From assembly GCA_041674265.1 (NCBI GenBank), contig JBAYWC010000002.1, forward strand, positions 8,380 through 72,379: a stretch of 64,000 bases of DNA, given 5' to 3'. Source of the DNA: Terrimicrobiaceae bacterium. GTDB lineage: Bacteria; Verrucomicrobiota; Verrucomicrobiia; Chthoniobacterales; Terrimicrobiaceae. A program made the translations under genes and the position numbers. Positions 10,258 to 17,734 of the stretch are shown here, one piece after another. The notes under the pieces are model-generated. The model was not told where the DNA came from. It did not search any database and saw only the letters and a list, made by a program, of their open reading frames with translations. Numbering within the stretch: the first letter of the stretch is position 1; each line of letters opens with the position of its first letter.

Positions 10258-11634
10258 ATGAGCGCGCTGCACGTCGATCTCGATCTGGTCAAAAAATACA
10301 ACGTCGCCGGGCCGCGTTACACGAGCTACCCGCCGGCAACGAAGTTCAGCGAAAGCGCCCCGCTGGACGAACTCGGCGCGCGCATCGAAACGAACAACAT
10401 CTCCGCAAGCGATCTCTCGGTCTATTTTCACATCCCGTTTTGCGAGACCCTCTGCTGGTTCTGCGGCTGCACGACCGTCATTACTCTCAACCACGACAAG
10501 GGCGCGGACTACATCGATTATCTCGGACGCGAGGTCGCGAGGATGGCGCCCCGGTTGAATCCCGCGCGCAAGGTCGTCCAGCTCCACTTCGGCGGCGGGT
10601 CGCCGACGTTTTTGCGTCCGGATGAAATCCGGAGGCTCGGCGCGATCATCCACAAACATTTCACCTTTTCGCCGGGAATCGAAGCGAGCGTGGAGGTCGA
10701 CCCGCGCCGGCTCACGCGCGACCATCTGGTCGCCCTGCGCGAGATCGGGTTCAACCGCGCTTCGATGGGCGTGCAGGATTTCAATCCGCAGGTGCAGGAA
10801 GCGATCCATCGGATCCAGCCCCCCGAAATGACCCGCCAGGCGATGGATTGGATGCGCGAACTCGGCTTCGGCTCGATCAACCTCGACCTCATCTACGGGC
10901 TGCCGCACCAGACGCCGGAGTCGTTCGGCGAAACGCTGGACACGGTTCTCGCCATGCAGCCGGACCGCCTCGCCATGTTCAGCTACGCGCACGTTCCCTG
11001 GATCAAACCGGCCCAGAAAATCCTCGAGGCGAAAATCCTGCCCTCGCCGGAGACCAAGTTGCAGGTCCTCAAGCTGGTCATCGAAAAACTGACCGCAGGG
11101 GGCCGCTACGTTTACATCGGCATGGACCATTTCGCGCGGCCCGGCGACGAACTCGCCGTCGCCCAGCGCAACAAGCAGCTCCAGCGGAATTTCCAGGGCT
11201 ACAGCACGCGCTCCGGCTCGGACATCTACGCGTTCGGGATGTCTGCCATCTCGCAAATCCCGGATGCCTACTGGCAGAACGAAAAGGAACTGCCGAAATA
11301 CCAGGGAGCCGTCGATGCCGGGCGGATGCCGTGGCACCGCGCCTATTTCGTGACCGAGGAGGACAAAATCCGGCGCGAAACCATCATGCGCGTGATGTGC
11401 GACCTGTCGCTCGACTTCGCCGCGATGTCGCAAAAGCTGGGCCTCGACTTCGAGGCCCACTTTGCCGCGGAACTCGCCGCGCTTGCGCCGTTCCAAAGCG
11501 ACGGCCTGGTGGAACGCACCCCCGGCGGCTTCGCAATCACCGACAGCGGGCGCCTCTTCATCCGCAACATTGCGATGTGCTTCGACAACACGCTGGCACC
11601 CGCGGGCGAGCGGAGGCACTCGAAGACGGTCTGA
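10258..11634 (+). CDS. hemN: oxygen-independent coproporphyrinogen III oxidase (radical SAM)
   Basis: MSALHVDLDLVKKYNVAGPRYTSYPPA opening and the radical-SAM cluster motif CETLCWFCGC. Confidence 0.9.
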   Translation: MSALHVDLDLVKKYNVAGPRYTSYPPATKFSESAPLDELGARIETNNISASDLSVYFHIPFCETLCWFCGCTTVITLNHDKGADYIDYLGREVARMAPRLNPARKVVQLHFGGGSPTFLRPDEIRRLGAIIHKHFTFSPGIEASVEVDPRRLTRDHLVALREIGFNRASMGVQDFNPQVQEAIHRIQPPEMTRQAMDWMRELGFGSINLDLIYGLPHQTPESFGETLDTVLAMQPDRLAMFSYAHVPWIKPAQKILEAKILPSPETKLQVLKLVIEKLTAGGRYVYIGMDHFARPGDELAVAQRNKQLQRNFQGYSTRSGSDIYAFGMSAISQIPDAYWQNEKELPKYQGAVDAGRMPWHRAYFVTEEDKIRRETIMRVMCDLSLDFAAMSQKLGLDFEAHFAAELAALAPFQSDGLVERTPGGFAITDSGRLFIRNIAMCFDNTLAPAGERRHSKTV

Positions 11635-13040
11635 TGAAATCCGTCGCGATCATCGGCGCGGGCATCACGGGGCTGACCGCGGCATTTTATCTCAAACGCG
11701 CGGGCATCCCTGTCGTGATCTACGAGTCGGGCAGCCGGGTCGGCGGCGCGATCCGGTCTCTCCGGCAGGATGGCTATCTTGCGGAGTTCGGGCCGAACAC
11801 GATTCTGGAAACCTCGCCGAAAATCACGCGCCTCCTCCGCGACGCGGGCCTGGAACCCCGCCGGCTCGATCCCGCCCCGGAGGCGGATGCGCGTTATGTG
11901 GTGAGGGACAAACGCCCGATTGCCATGCCCGGCTCGCCGCTCGGGTTTTTGACGACAAAACTCTTTTCCCTCCAGGCCAAGCTGGCTGTGCTGCGCGAGC
12001 CGTTCGTGCCGCCGCGCCGTGATGGCGTGGAGGAGAGCGTCGCCGAATTTGTCCTGCGACGGTTGGGCCGGGAATTTCTCGCCCATGCGATCGACGCGAT
12101 GGTCGCCGGAGTTTACGCGGGCGACCCCGCTAGGCTGTCCCTCCAGCAGGCCTTCCCAAAACTCGCCGCGATCGAGGCCAAATATGGCTCGCTCATCAAG
12201 GGGCAGATCTTTGGTGCGCGTGAGCGCAGGAGACGCGGCGAGGTCGCCAAGGATCGTGCGCCAAAATTCTCCTTCGACGAGGGACTGCAAGTGCTGCCCG
12301 ACACACTGCTCGCGCACCTCGGCGACGCGGTGCAACTCAACACCCTGGTCACGAAGGCAACCCGGCATTCCGACGGTTGGACGCTTGGCCTCCGGACGAA
12401 TGACAGCGGATCGCGTTCTCATCACAGTGCGGTCATTTATGCGGGCACGGCATACGGCCTCGCGAAGTTGCAGGTCGAACTGATGGCTCCGGCCTCCGGT
12501 TCATCCATCGGAAATCCGCTCGACCTTTCGCCGTTTTCCGAAATCCGTCATCCGCCCGTGGCAAGCGTGGTGCTCGGTTTCCGGCGCGAAGACGTGACGC
12601 ATCCCTGCCAGGGGTTCGGCGCATTGATTCCGAATGTCGAGGGGTTCAGGATTCTCGGCACGATCTTTTCTTCGTCGCTGTTTCCGAACCGTGCGCCGGC
12701 CGGACATCTCACCCTCACCAGCTACATCGGCGGCGAACGACATCCCGGGCTGGCTTCCCTGCCGCCGGACGAACTTTTCGACCTGACCCGGCGGGATTTG
12801 CGCGCGCTGTTCGGGGCGAATGGCAGCCCGACATTCCGGCATTGCGCGTTTTTTCCCAAGGCCATCCCGCAATACAATCTCGGCTACGGGCGCTTCCGGG
12901 AACTGATGGCCGAAATCGAAACAAAAGCGCCGGGCCTGTTTTTTGCCGGACATTACCGCGACGGGATTTCGTTGGGCGATTCCATCGTCTCGGGCTGCAA
13001 CATCGCCCAACGGGTTGGGAAGTCCCTGACCATCGCATGA
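11634..13040 (+). CDS. hemY: protoporphyrinogen oxidase (HemY-type FAD oxidase)
   Basis: MKSVAIIGAGITGLTAAFYL dinucleotide-binding opening. The start overlaps the hemN stop (TGATG). Confidence 0.85.
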   Translation: MKSVAIIGAGITGLTAAFYLKRAGIPVVIYESGSRVGGAIRSLRQDGYLAEFGPNTILETSPKITRLLRDAGLEPRRLDPAPEADARYVVRDKRPIAMPGSPLGFLTTKLFSLQAKLAVLREPFVPPRRDGVEESVAEFVLRRLGREFLAHAIDAMVAGVYAGDPARLSLQQAFPKLAAIEAKYGSLIKGQIFGARERRRRGEVAKDRAPKFSFDEGLQVLPDTLLAHLGDAVQLNTLVTKATRHSDGWTLGLRTNDSGSRSHHSAVIYAGTAYGLAKLQVELMAPASGSSIGNPLDLSPFSEIRHPPVASVVLGFRREDVTHPCQGFGALIPNVEGFRILGTIFSSSLFPNRAPAGHLTLTSYIGGERHPGLASLPPDELFDLTRRDLRALFGANGSPTFRHCAFFPKAIPQYNLGYGRFRELMAEIETKAPGLFFAGHYRDGISLGDSIVSGCNIAQRVGKSLTIA

Positions 13041-13114
13041 TTTCTCCCCCCCACGAAATCCGGGCGACAGGAAGCCGGCAATCCTGTATATCGGGGAACA
13101 AACAGGAACAACCC

Positions 13115-13312
13115 ATGCCCACAACACTCGAAACCATCACACGCGAAGCGCTGGAAGTGCCCCGCCAACAGCAAATCCGGCGCGCACATTATCTACTTTC
13201 GCCCGGCGACGAGCCGGTCGATCTGGAAGTCGAAGCTGCATGGGATACGGAGATCCGCGCCCGGCTGAAAGCCTGCGATGAAGGAAAGCTGGAGACCGTG
13301 CCCTTCGAGTAA
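13115..13312 (+). CDS. addiction-module antitoxin-like ORF (TIGR02574-like), truncated by an in-frame TAA relative to its paralog at 17495
   Basis: 65 aa, about two-thirds identical by hand alignment to the antitoxin at 17495-17734. Homology continues past the stop (see pseudogene 13313-13365). Confidence 0.55.
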   Translation: MPTTLETITREALEVPRQQQIRRAHYLLSPGDEPVDLEVEAAWDTEIRARLKACDEGKLETVPFE

Positions 13313-13365
13313 GTAAAACGGGAGATAGAATCCCGTCTGCGCTAATGCAAACAACCTTTTCTTCC
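13313..13365 (+). pseudogene. remnant of antitoxin C-terminus plus the first ~7 codons of a ParE-like toxin
   Basis: Reading on in frame gives VKREIESRLR*CK, against EVKRDIAARLRECK* in the intact copy. ATGCAAACAACCTTTTCT (MQTTFS) at 13345 matches the ParE start ATGCAAGTAACGTTCTCG (MQVTFS) in the same overlapping register. Similarity then fades. Confidence 0.6.
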
Positions 13366-13421
13366 TCCACATCGGCCTTCGATTCTGGCATGACTCCCCG
13401 CTTTCTGATCTCAAAGTCGAC

Positions 13422-14684
13422 ATGACACCCAAACCTCCAGTTTTGCCTGAGCGCCCCAAGGATCGCTTCGAGGTTTATCGGCTTTTTGACGGGATCTCCA
13501 GTGAGGGAAAAGAGGGGATCGATCAGGGACGAACCCGCACTCCCTTGGTCAAATCTTTTCTCGTCGAGCATGTTTCCTCCACCAGGGGAAGGCAAACCCG
13601 CACTCCCCAAGAAATCTGGTCACGCTTGGGGGGAAGTCCGCACCCGATTGATTCAGACTTTTTTTCCATTCAAGGAACGGTGAGGGATGAATCTGGAACC
13701 CGGCAGACAACCGTTGGCTATTTGGAGCGCTACGACGAACGCTTCTTCGCCTACTACACCACGGAAGTTTCCCAGAGTGCCAAAAAGCGCGTGACAAAGT
13801 GGATCCAGAAATCTCCGGATCTCGATTCCTGCTGGTTCAACAGCGATCTTCTCCAGGTTCTTTGGAACCGGGATGTTTCACGGCGCGGGGACCAGCGATT
13901 CGGCAAGCTGACGTTCAAGCACGAGAGCATTTTTGAGATGCCCGTGAATGCCGAGGATTCGGAAGAGGAACCCGATGAGGACGCCCGGACAGAGGATTCC
14001 GATCTTGAGGAACAAGCCGGACCGGAGAGGAGGAAGGCCCGCTTTGACATGAGCGACCGCATCGGGCGCATCAAGCAGTCGCTGGGCAATCTCCAGGAGC
14101 AGTATCTTCCGCTTTACGCTCTTTATTCGCTCCGCTTTCCCTCACGACTCGGAAGGGGCAGCCACGACCTCTACCAGCATGGTCAGCTCACCAATCGCTC
14201 CGATAGCTTCGAGGACCATCGCGGCACGGCCCTCTATCTCCATCAAGTTTACAAAAATATCCTTGAGAGCACGGAGTCGAAAGCCTGGAGCGATTCGGAA
14301 ACCTCATTGAATGCCGCTACGCGGCCTCACAAAGGCGTGCCGCTGATTGTCCGTTTCGCCGAACCCCTCACCGAGACCACTTTCAAGCAATGGATTTCGC
14401 GCGCCTTCCACAAGAAGAATGTTTTTCGGCTCTGGGGCGAACCCATCTGGATGGGGCCGACGAAGGTTCATGTCTATGGAGCAGACCGACACCTCTGGCA
14501 GCCGCTGAATCTTGAAATCACAGGGGAGGGAATGGTTGCCATCCTCCCGAAAGGAACGTGCGGAAATACCTTTCACCGGCTTGTCACCAACATCCAGCGG
14601 TATGTCTGCCCGAAAGTGGATGCCTGGGTGGGCAGCACTCCGCTCACGGACCTCATGTCACAGGCCACCGGCTCGGAAAATTAA
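13422..14684 (+). CDS. hypothetical protein, island gene 1 (420 aa, no recognised motif; central acidic tract)
   Basis: Long ORF in the island. Contains NAEDSEEEPDEDARTEDSDLEE. Ends 4 nt before the next ORF. Slightly lower GC than the core genes. Confidence 0.7.
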   Translation: MTPKPPVLPERPKDRFEVYRLFDGISSEGKEGIDQGRTRTPLVKSFLVEHVSSTRGRQTRTPQEIWSRLGGSPHPIDSDFFSIQGTVRDESGTRQTTVGYLERYDERFFAYYTTEVSQSAKKRVTKWIQKSPDLDSCWFNSDLLQVLWNRDVSRRGDQRFGKLTFKHESIFEMPVNAEDSEEEPDEDARTEDSDLEEQAGPERRKARFDMSDRIGRIKQSLGNLQEQYLPLYALYSLRFPSRLGRGSHDLYQHGQLTNRSDSFEDHRGTALYLHQVYKNILESTESKAWSDSETSLNAATRPHKGVPLIVRFAEPLTETTFKQWISRAFHKKNVFRLWGEPIWMGPTKVHVYGADRHLWQPLNLEITGEGMVAILPKGTCGNTFHRLVTNIQRYVCPKVDAWVGSTPLTDLMSQATGSEN

Positions 14685-14688
14685 TGCG

Positions 14689-15033
14689 ATGACACCTGCT
14701 GAACTGATCCGCGATCTTTCACTTGAAGTGTCCGCTCAACAGTTGCTCCGTGAAACCACGCAGGGAACCGTCATCTACCTCCCCCGGCAAAAGCAGCAAA
14801 GGATGGAGAAACTCGTCGTCGAGAATATTTTCAAACGCGTCCGGGAAGTTTGGAAGGACAAGCATCCCGACTTGATCCGACTTGAGGGGAGAACCATGAC
14901 GATCAATTTTGAGTCCGACCTCCGCCGTGACGATTTCCTTGACTGGCTTGAGGACGGAGACAAAACGAAATTCTCCGACAAGGCTCCTCCTCCGGAAACC
15001 CCCGAGTTTCCCGGCATGTTCTCCCAATCATGA
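14689..15033 (+). CDS. hypothetical protein, island gene 2 (114 aa)
   Basis: ATG at 14689 (MTPAELIRDLSLEV...). 22 nt upstream of the mod start, same strand. No recognised motif. Confidence 0.55.
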   Translation: MTPAELIRDLSLEVSAQQLLRETTQGTVIYLPRQKQQRMEKLVVENIFKRVREVWKDKHPDLIRLEGRTMTINFESDLRRDDFLDWLEDGDKTKFSDKAPPPETPEFPGMFSQS

Positions 15034-15055
15034 GTCTCGCTCGGAATTCTTTTTC

Positions 15056-17410
15056 ATGCCCACTCTGAACTGGATCGGCAAGGAAGCCGTCGTCAACCAT
15101 CACCACCAGGTCCCGTTTCGTTTGCTCAACGACGTGCCGGATCTTGCATGCGGCGAACCGGGCGCGGGAAACCTCATCGTCGAGGGCGACAACCTCGAAG
15201 CCCTCAAGGCCCTCCTGCCCTACTACGCCGGACAGGTGAAGTGCATCTACATCGACCCGCCTTACAACACGGGCAACGAAGGCTGGGTTTACAATGACAA
15301 CGTCCGCAGCCCGATCATCGGGGAGTGGCTCGGAAAGACCGTCGGCAAGGAGGGCGAAACCCTCGACCGCCACGACCGATGGCTCTGCATGATGTATCCT
15401 CGCTTGGCCCTGCTGCGCGAGTTTCTGCGGGAGGATGGGATTTTGCTGATCACGATTGATGATGCTGAAGTGGAGAGTGCCATAGTTCTCGGAAATGAGA
15501 TTTTCGGCCGCAATAATAACCGAGCGACAATTATTTGGCAGCATAGCGTTCAGCCCAAAGGCTATTCTGGGAAAATTTCAATTCACCACAACTACCTTCT
15601 GGCATTTGCAAAATCTGAAGCGTTCACCTTTCGGGATATTCCACGAAAAGAGGAACACAACGCGAACTACTCCAATCCTGACAATGACCCAAATGGTCCG
15701 TGGCGGTCTGGCGATGTGCGGAATGCACTTTATCGCCCAAACCTCATTTACGACTTAGTCACGCCATCTGGAAAAATCATCAAACCGCCGACAAAAGGCT
15801 GGCGCTGGAGCAAGGAGACGATGACCGAAAGAATTCGGACTGGTGAAATTGTTTTTCGGGCAGATGAAACAAGAATTGTTCGGAAGATTTATCTCAATAA
15901 TCAAGAGGGTCGCGCCCCAGAGTCGATTTGGTTTGGTGAGGACGTTGGAACAACCCGCGATGCGAACCAAGAGCTTAAAGACATATTTACCCACTCCCCG
16001 TTTGATACCCCGAAGCCAACAAGCCTACTTGAACGCATCCTTCAAATTTGCACCAACCCCGGCGACCTGGTATTGGATTCCTTCGCCGGAAGCGGGACGA
16101 CGGGCCATGCGGTATTGAAAATGAACGCCGTAGAAGCGGCGTCCCGCCGCTTGGAATTGGAGGGAAAGACGCAGGATGCGTCTTCTACGGGAAGCGGGAC
16201 GACGGGGCACGCGGTATTGAAAGCGAACGCCGTAGAAGCGGCGTCCCGCCGCTTGGAAAACGAGGGCAAGACGCAGGATGCGTCTTCTACGGTGAACTAT
16301 TTCGACCCGTCTGAATCGGTGGCTCATTTGACCGGGAATCTGCCGCACTGGCGGCAGGATGGGGCGACATATTTTGTGACATTCCGGACAGCGGACTCGA
16401 TGCCGCAGGCCAAACTCAAGCAGTGGTTGGATGAGCGCAATGAGTGGATGGAGGAACATCCGGAACCCCACACATCCGCCGAACGCCAGGAATACACGAA
16501 GCTTTTCCCACAGAGGTTTCAGAAGTGGCTGGATGAGGGATACGGACCGTGCCACCTTGCAAGGCCCGACGTGAAGGCGATTGTCGAAAATGCGTTGAGT
16601 CATTTCGACGGGACCCGTTACCGGCTTGGGGAGTATGTCGTGATGCCGAACCACGTCCATGTGCTGGTGTCGCCGCTGGGCGAGCATGTGCTTTCGGACA
16701 TCCTACAGGCTTTGAAATCTTTCACGGCAAAGGAAATCAACCGTCTCATCGGCGAGACGGGACATTTTTGGCAGAAGGAATCCTTCGATCACATCGTGCG
16801 CAGCCCGGAGCAGATGGAACGGATCAAGGAATACATCCGGGACAATCCAAAAGCAGTAGAAGCGGCGTCCCGCCGCTTTGGAGCAAAGACGCAAGATGCG
16901 TCTTCTACGACTCGGCGTTTCATTCTCGTTGAGATGGAGCCGGAGATTGCGCCGAAGATCACGGCGGAGCGGGTGCGGCGGGTGGCGGAGGGCTACAAGA
17001 ACGCCAAGGGCGAGAAGGTTGCCGGGCTCGGCGGAGGGTTCCGCTATTGCCGTCTCGGCGAGCCGCTTTTCGATGCCGACCGGCAGATCCGTCCGTCCGT
17101 GACATTCGGCGAGTTGGCGCGGCATGTGTATTTCACCGAGACCGGCGAGCCGCTTCCGCGCGAGCGGGTGCCGAATACCCCGCTGCTCGGCGTGTGCCGT
17201 GGCGTGGCGATTTACCTGCTCTACAACGGCATCCTTGGCGACAAGAGCACGAATGGCGGCAACGTGCTGACCCGCGCCGTTCTGTCCAAGCTGCCGAAGT
17301 TCGACGGCCAGAAAGTGATCTATTGCGCGGGCTGCCTGCTCGGGACCGGGCGCCGGAATGCCGCGCGGATCGTGATCCGACAAACCCCCTACGAAATCCG
17401 CACGACATGA
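15056..17410 (+). CDS. mod: Type III-like R-M methyltransferase (Mod, beta-class N6-adenine MTase) carrying an in-frame REP/RAYT insertion
   Basis: MPTLNWIGKE opening, motif IV IYIDPPYNTGNEGW and motif I SFAGSGTTGHAVLKMN. The usual continuation RRFILVEMEP...GLGGGFRYCRLGEP...IRQTPYEI resumes only after an ~780-nt insert. The whole stretch remains one open frame. Confidence 0.85.
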   Translation: MPTLNWIGKEAVVNHHHQVPFRLLNDVPDLACGEPGAGNLIVEGDNLEALKALLPYYAGQVKCIYIDPPYNTGNEGWVYNDNVRSPIIGEWLGKTVGKEGETLDRHDRWLCMMYPRLALLREFLREDGILLITIDDAEVESAIVLGNEIFGRNNNRATIIWQHSVQPKGYSGKISIHHNYLLAFAKSEAFTFRDIPRKEEHNANYSNPDNDPNGPWRSGDVRNALYRPNLIYDLVTPSGKIIKPPTKGWRWSKETMTERIRTGEIVFRADETRIVRKIYLNNQEGRAPESIWFGEDVGTTRDANQELKDIFTHSPFDTPKPTSLLERILQICTNPGDLVLDSFAGSGTTGHAVLKMNAVEAASRRLELEGKTQDASSTGSGTTGHAVLKANAVEAASRRLENEGKTQDASSTVNYFDPSESVAHLTGNLPHWRQDGATYFVTFRTADSMPQAKLKQWLDERNEWMEEHPEPHTSAERQEYTKLFPQRFQKWLDEGYGPCHLARPDVKAIVENALSHFDGTRYRLGEYVVMPNHVHVLVSPLGEHVLSDILQALKSFTAKEINRLIGETGHFWQKESFDHIVRSPEQMERIKEYIRDNPKAVEAASRRFGAKTQDASSTTRRFILVEMEPEIAPKITAERVRRVAEGYKNAKGEKVAGLGGGFRYCRLGEPLFDADRQIRPSVTFGELARHVYFTETGEPLPRERVPNTPLLGVCRGVAIYLLYNGILGDKSTNGGNVLTRAVLSKLPKFDGQKVIYCAGCLLGTGRRNAARIVIRQTPYEIRTT
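16129..16189 (+). repeat. REP doublet 1 (CGTAGAAGCGGCGTCCCGCCGCTT ... AAGACGCAGGATGCGTCTTCTACG)
   Basis: Two inverted hairpin units (AAGCGGCG/CGCCGCTT and AAGACGCA/TGCGTCTT) bracketed by CGTAGAAG/CTTCTACG. Confidence 0.85.
16231..16291 (+). repeat. REP doublet 2
   Basis: Same structure as doublet 1, exactly 102 nt downstream. Confidence 0.85.
16856..16909 (+). repeat. REP doublet 3 (shorter spacer)
   Basis: GTAGAAGCGGCGTCCCGCCGCTTTGGAGCAAAGACGCAAGATGCGTCTTCTAC, directly after the RAYT YIRDNPK motif. Confidence 0.85.
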
Positions 17411-17420
17411 AAACTGGATA

Positions 17421-17470
17421 CGTAGAAGCGGCGTCCCGCCGCTTGCAAAGCGACAAGATGCCGCTTCTAC
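17421..17470 (+). repeat. REP doublet 4 (intergenic, between mod stop and antitoxin start)
   Basis: CGTAGAAGCGGCGTCCCGCCGCTTGCAAAGCGACAAGATGCCGCTTCTAC. The first arm is identical to doublets 1-3; the second arm is a variant. Confidence 0.8.
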
Positions 17471-17494
17471 TTGATAAAACGAAAGGAAAACGCC

Positions 17495-17734
17495 ATGGCA
17501 ACAACACTTGAAGTGATCACGCACGAGGTGCTGGAACTACCCCGCTCCCAGCAAATCCGCCTTGCCCATTATCTTCTCTCGCTGGATGACGATCCGGTGG
17601 ATCCGGAAATCGAAGCCGCGTGGGAGAATGAAATCTGCGCCCGCATGCAAGCGTATCGTGAGGGGCGGCTGGAAACTGTTCCATTTGAAGAGGTGAAACG
17701 GGACATCGCAGCCCGCTTGCGCGAATGCAAGTAA
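17495..17734 (+). CDS. addiction-module antitoxin (TIGR02574-like), partner of ParE
   Basis: MATTLEVITHEVLELPRSQQIRLAHYLLSLDDDPVDPEIEAAWENEI... AGGA lies ~7 nt upstream of the ATG at 17495. Overlaps the toxin start by 10 nt. Confidence 0.8.
   Translation: MATTLEVITHEVLELPRSQQIRLAHYLLSLDDDPVDPEIEAAWENEICARMQAYREGRLETVPFEEVKRDIAARLRECK

Larger units (their letters stand above)
16088..16291 (+). repeat. 102-bp tandem duplication (2 units) spanning Mod motif I plus one REP doublet
   Basis: Units are 16088-16189 and 16190-16291. They encode GSGTTGHAVLKMNAVEAASRRLELEGKTQDASST and GSGTTGHAVLKANAVEAASRRLENEGKTQDASST, with a handful of substitutions between units. Confidence 0.9.
16127..16909 (+). 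mobile_element. REP-RAYT cassette (two REP doublets, an IS200/IS605-like Y1 HUH transposase domain, one REP doublet) embedded in mod
   Basis: The insert encodes NLPHWRQDGATYFVTFRTADSMP, the HUH motif PNHVHVLV and the Tyr motif EYIRDNP. It is flanked by palindromic REP doublets. There is no stop codon at either junction. Confidence 0.8.

Noticed and set aside
10848-11633. 5' part of the 730-aa ORF 10848-13040, and the 5' part of 21753-24674 (21753-22025).
   Set aside because: The first overlaps hemN out of frame; the HemY Rossmann opening begins at 11634. For the GH63-like gene, family-like sequence begins near ATG 22026 and the upstream part has repeat-like, low-complexity content.
16088-16291. 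Short tandem repeats that could be a mini-CRISPR array.
   Set aside because: There are only two units with no unique spacers, they lie inside a coding frame, and no cas genes are present. The units are palindromic REP doublets next to a RAYT.
16127-16909. An intein inside Mod.
   Set aside because: The insert has no intein splicing blocks: no Cys/Ser/Thr at the N-junction, and no HN plus Cys/Ser/Thr at the C-junction. Instead it carries HUH and YxxxNP transposase motifs flanked by REP hairpins.
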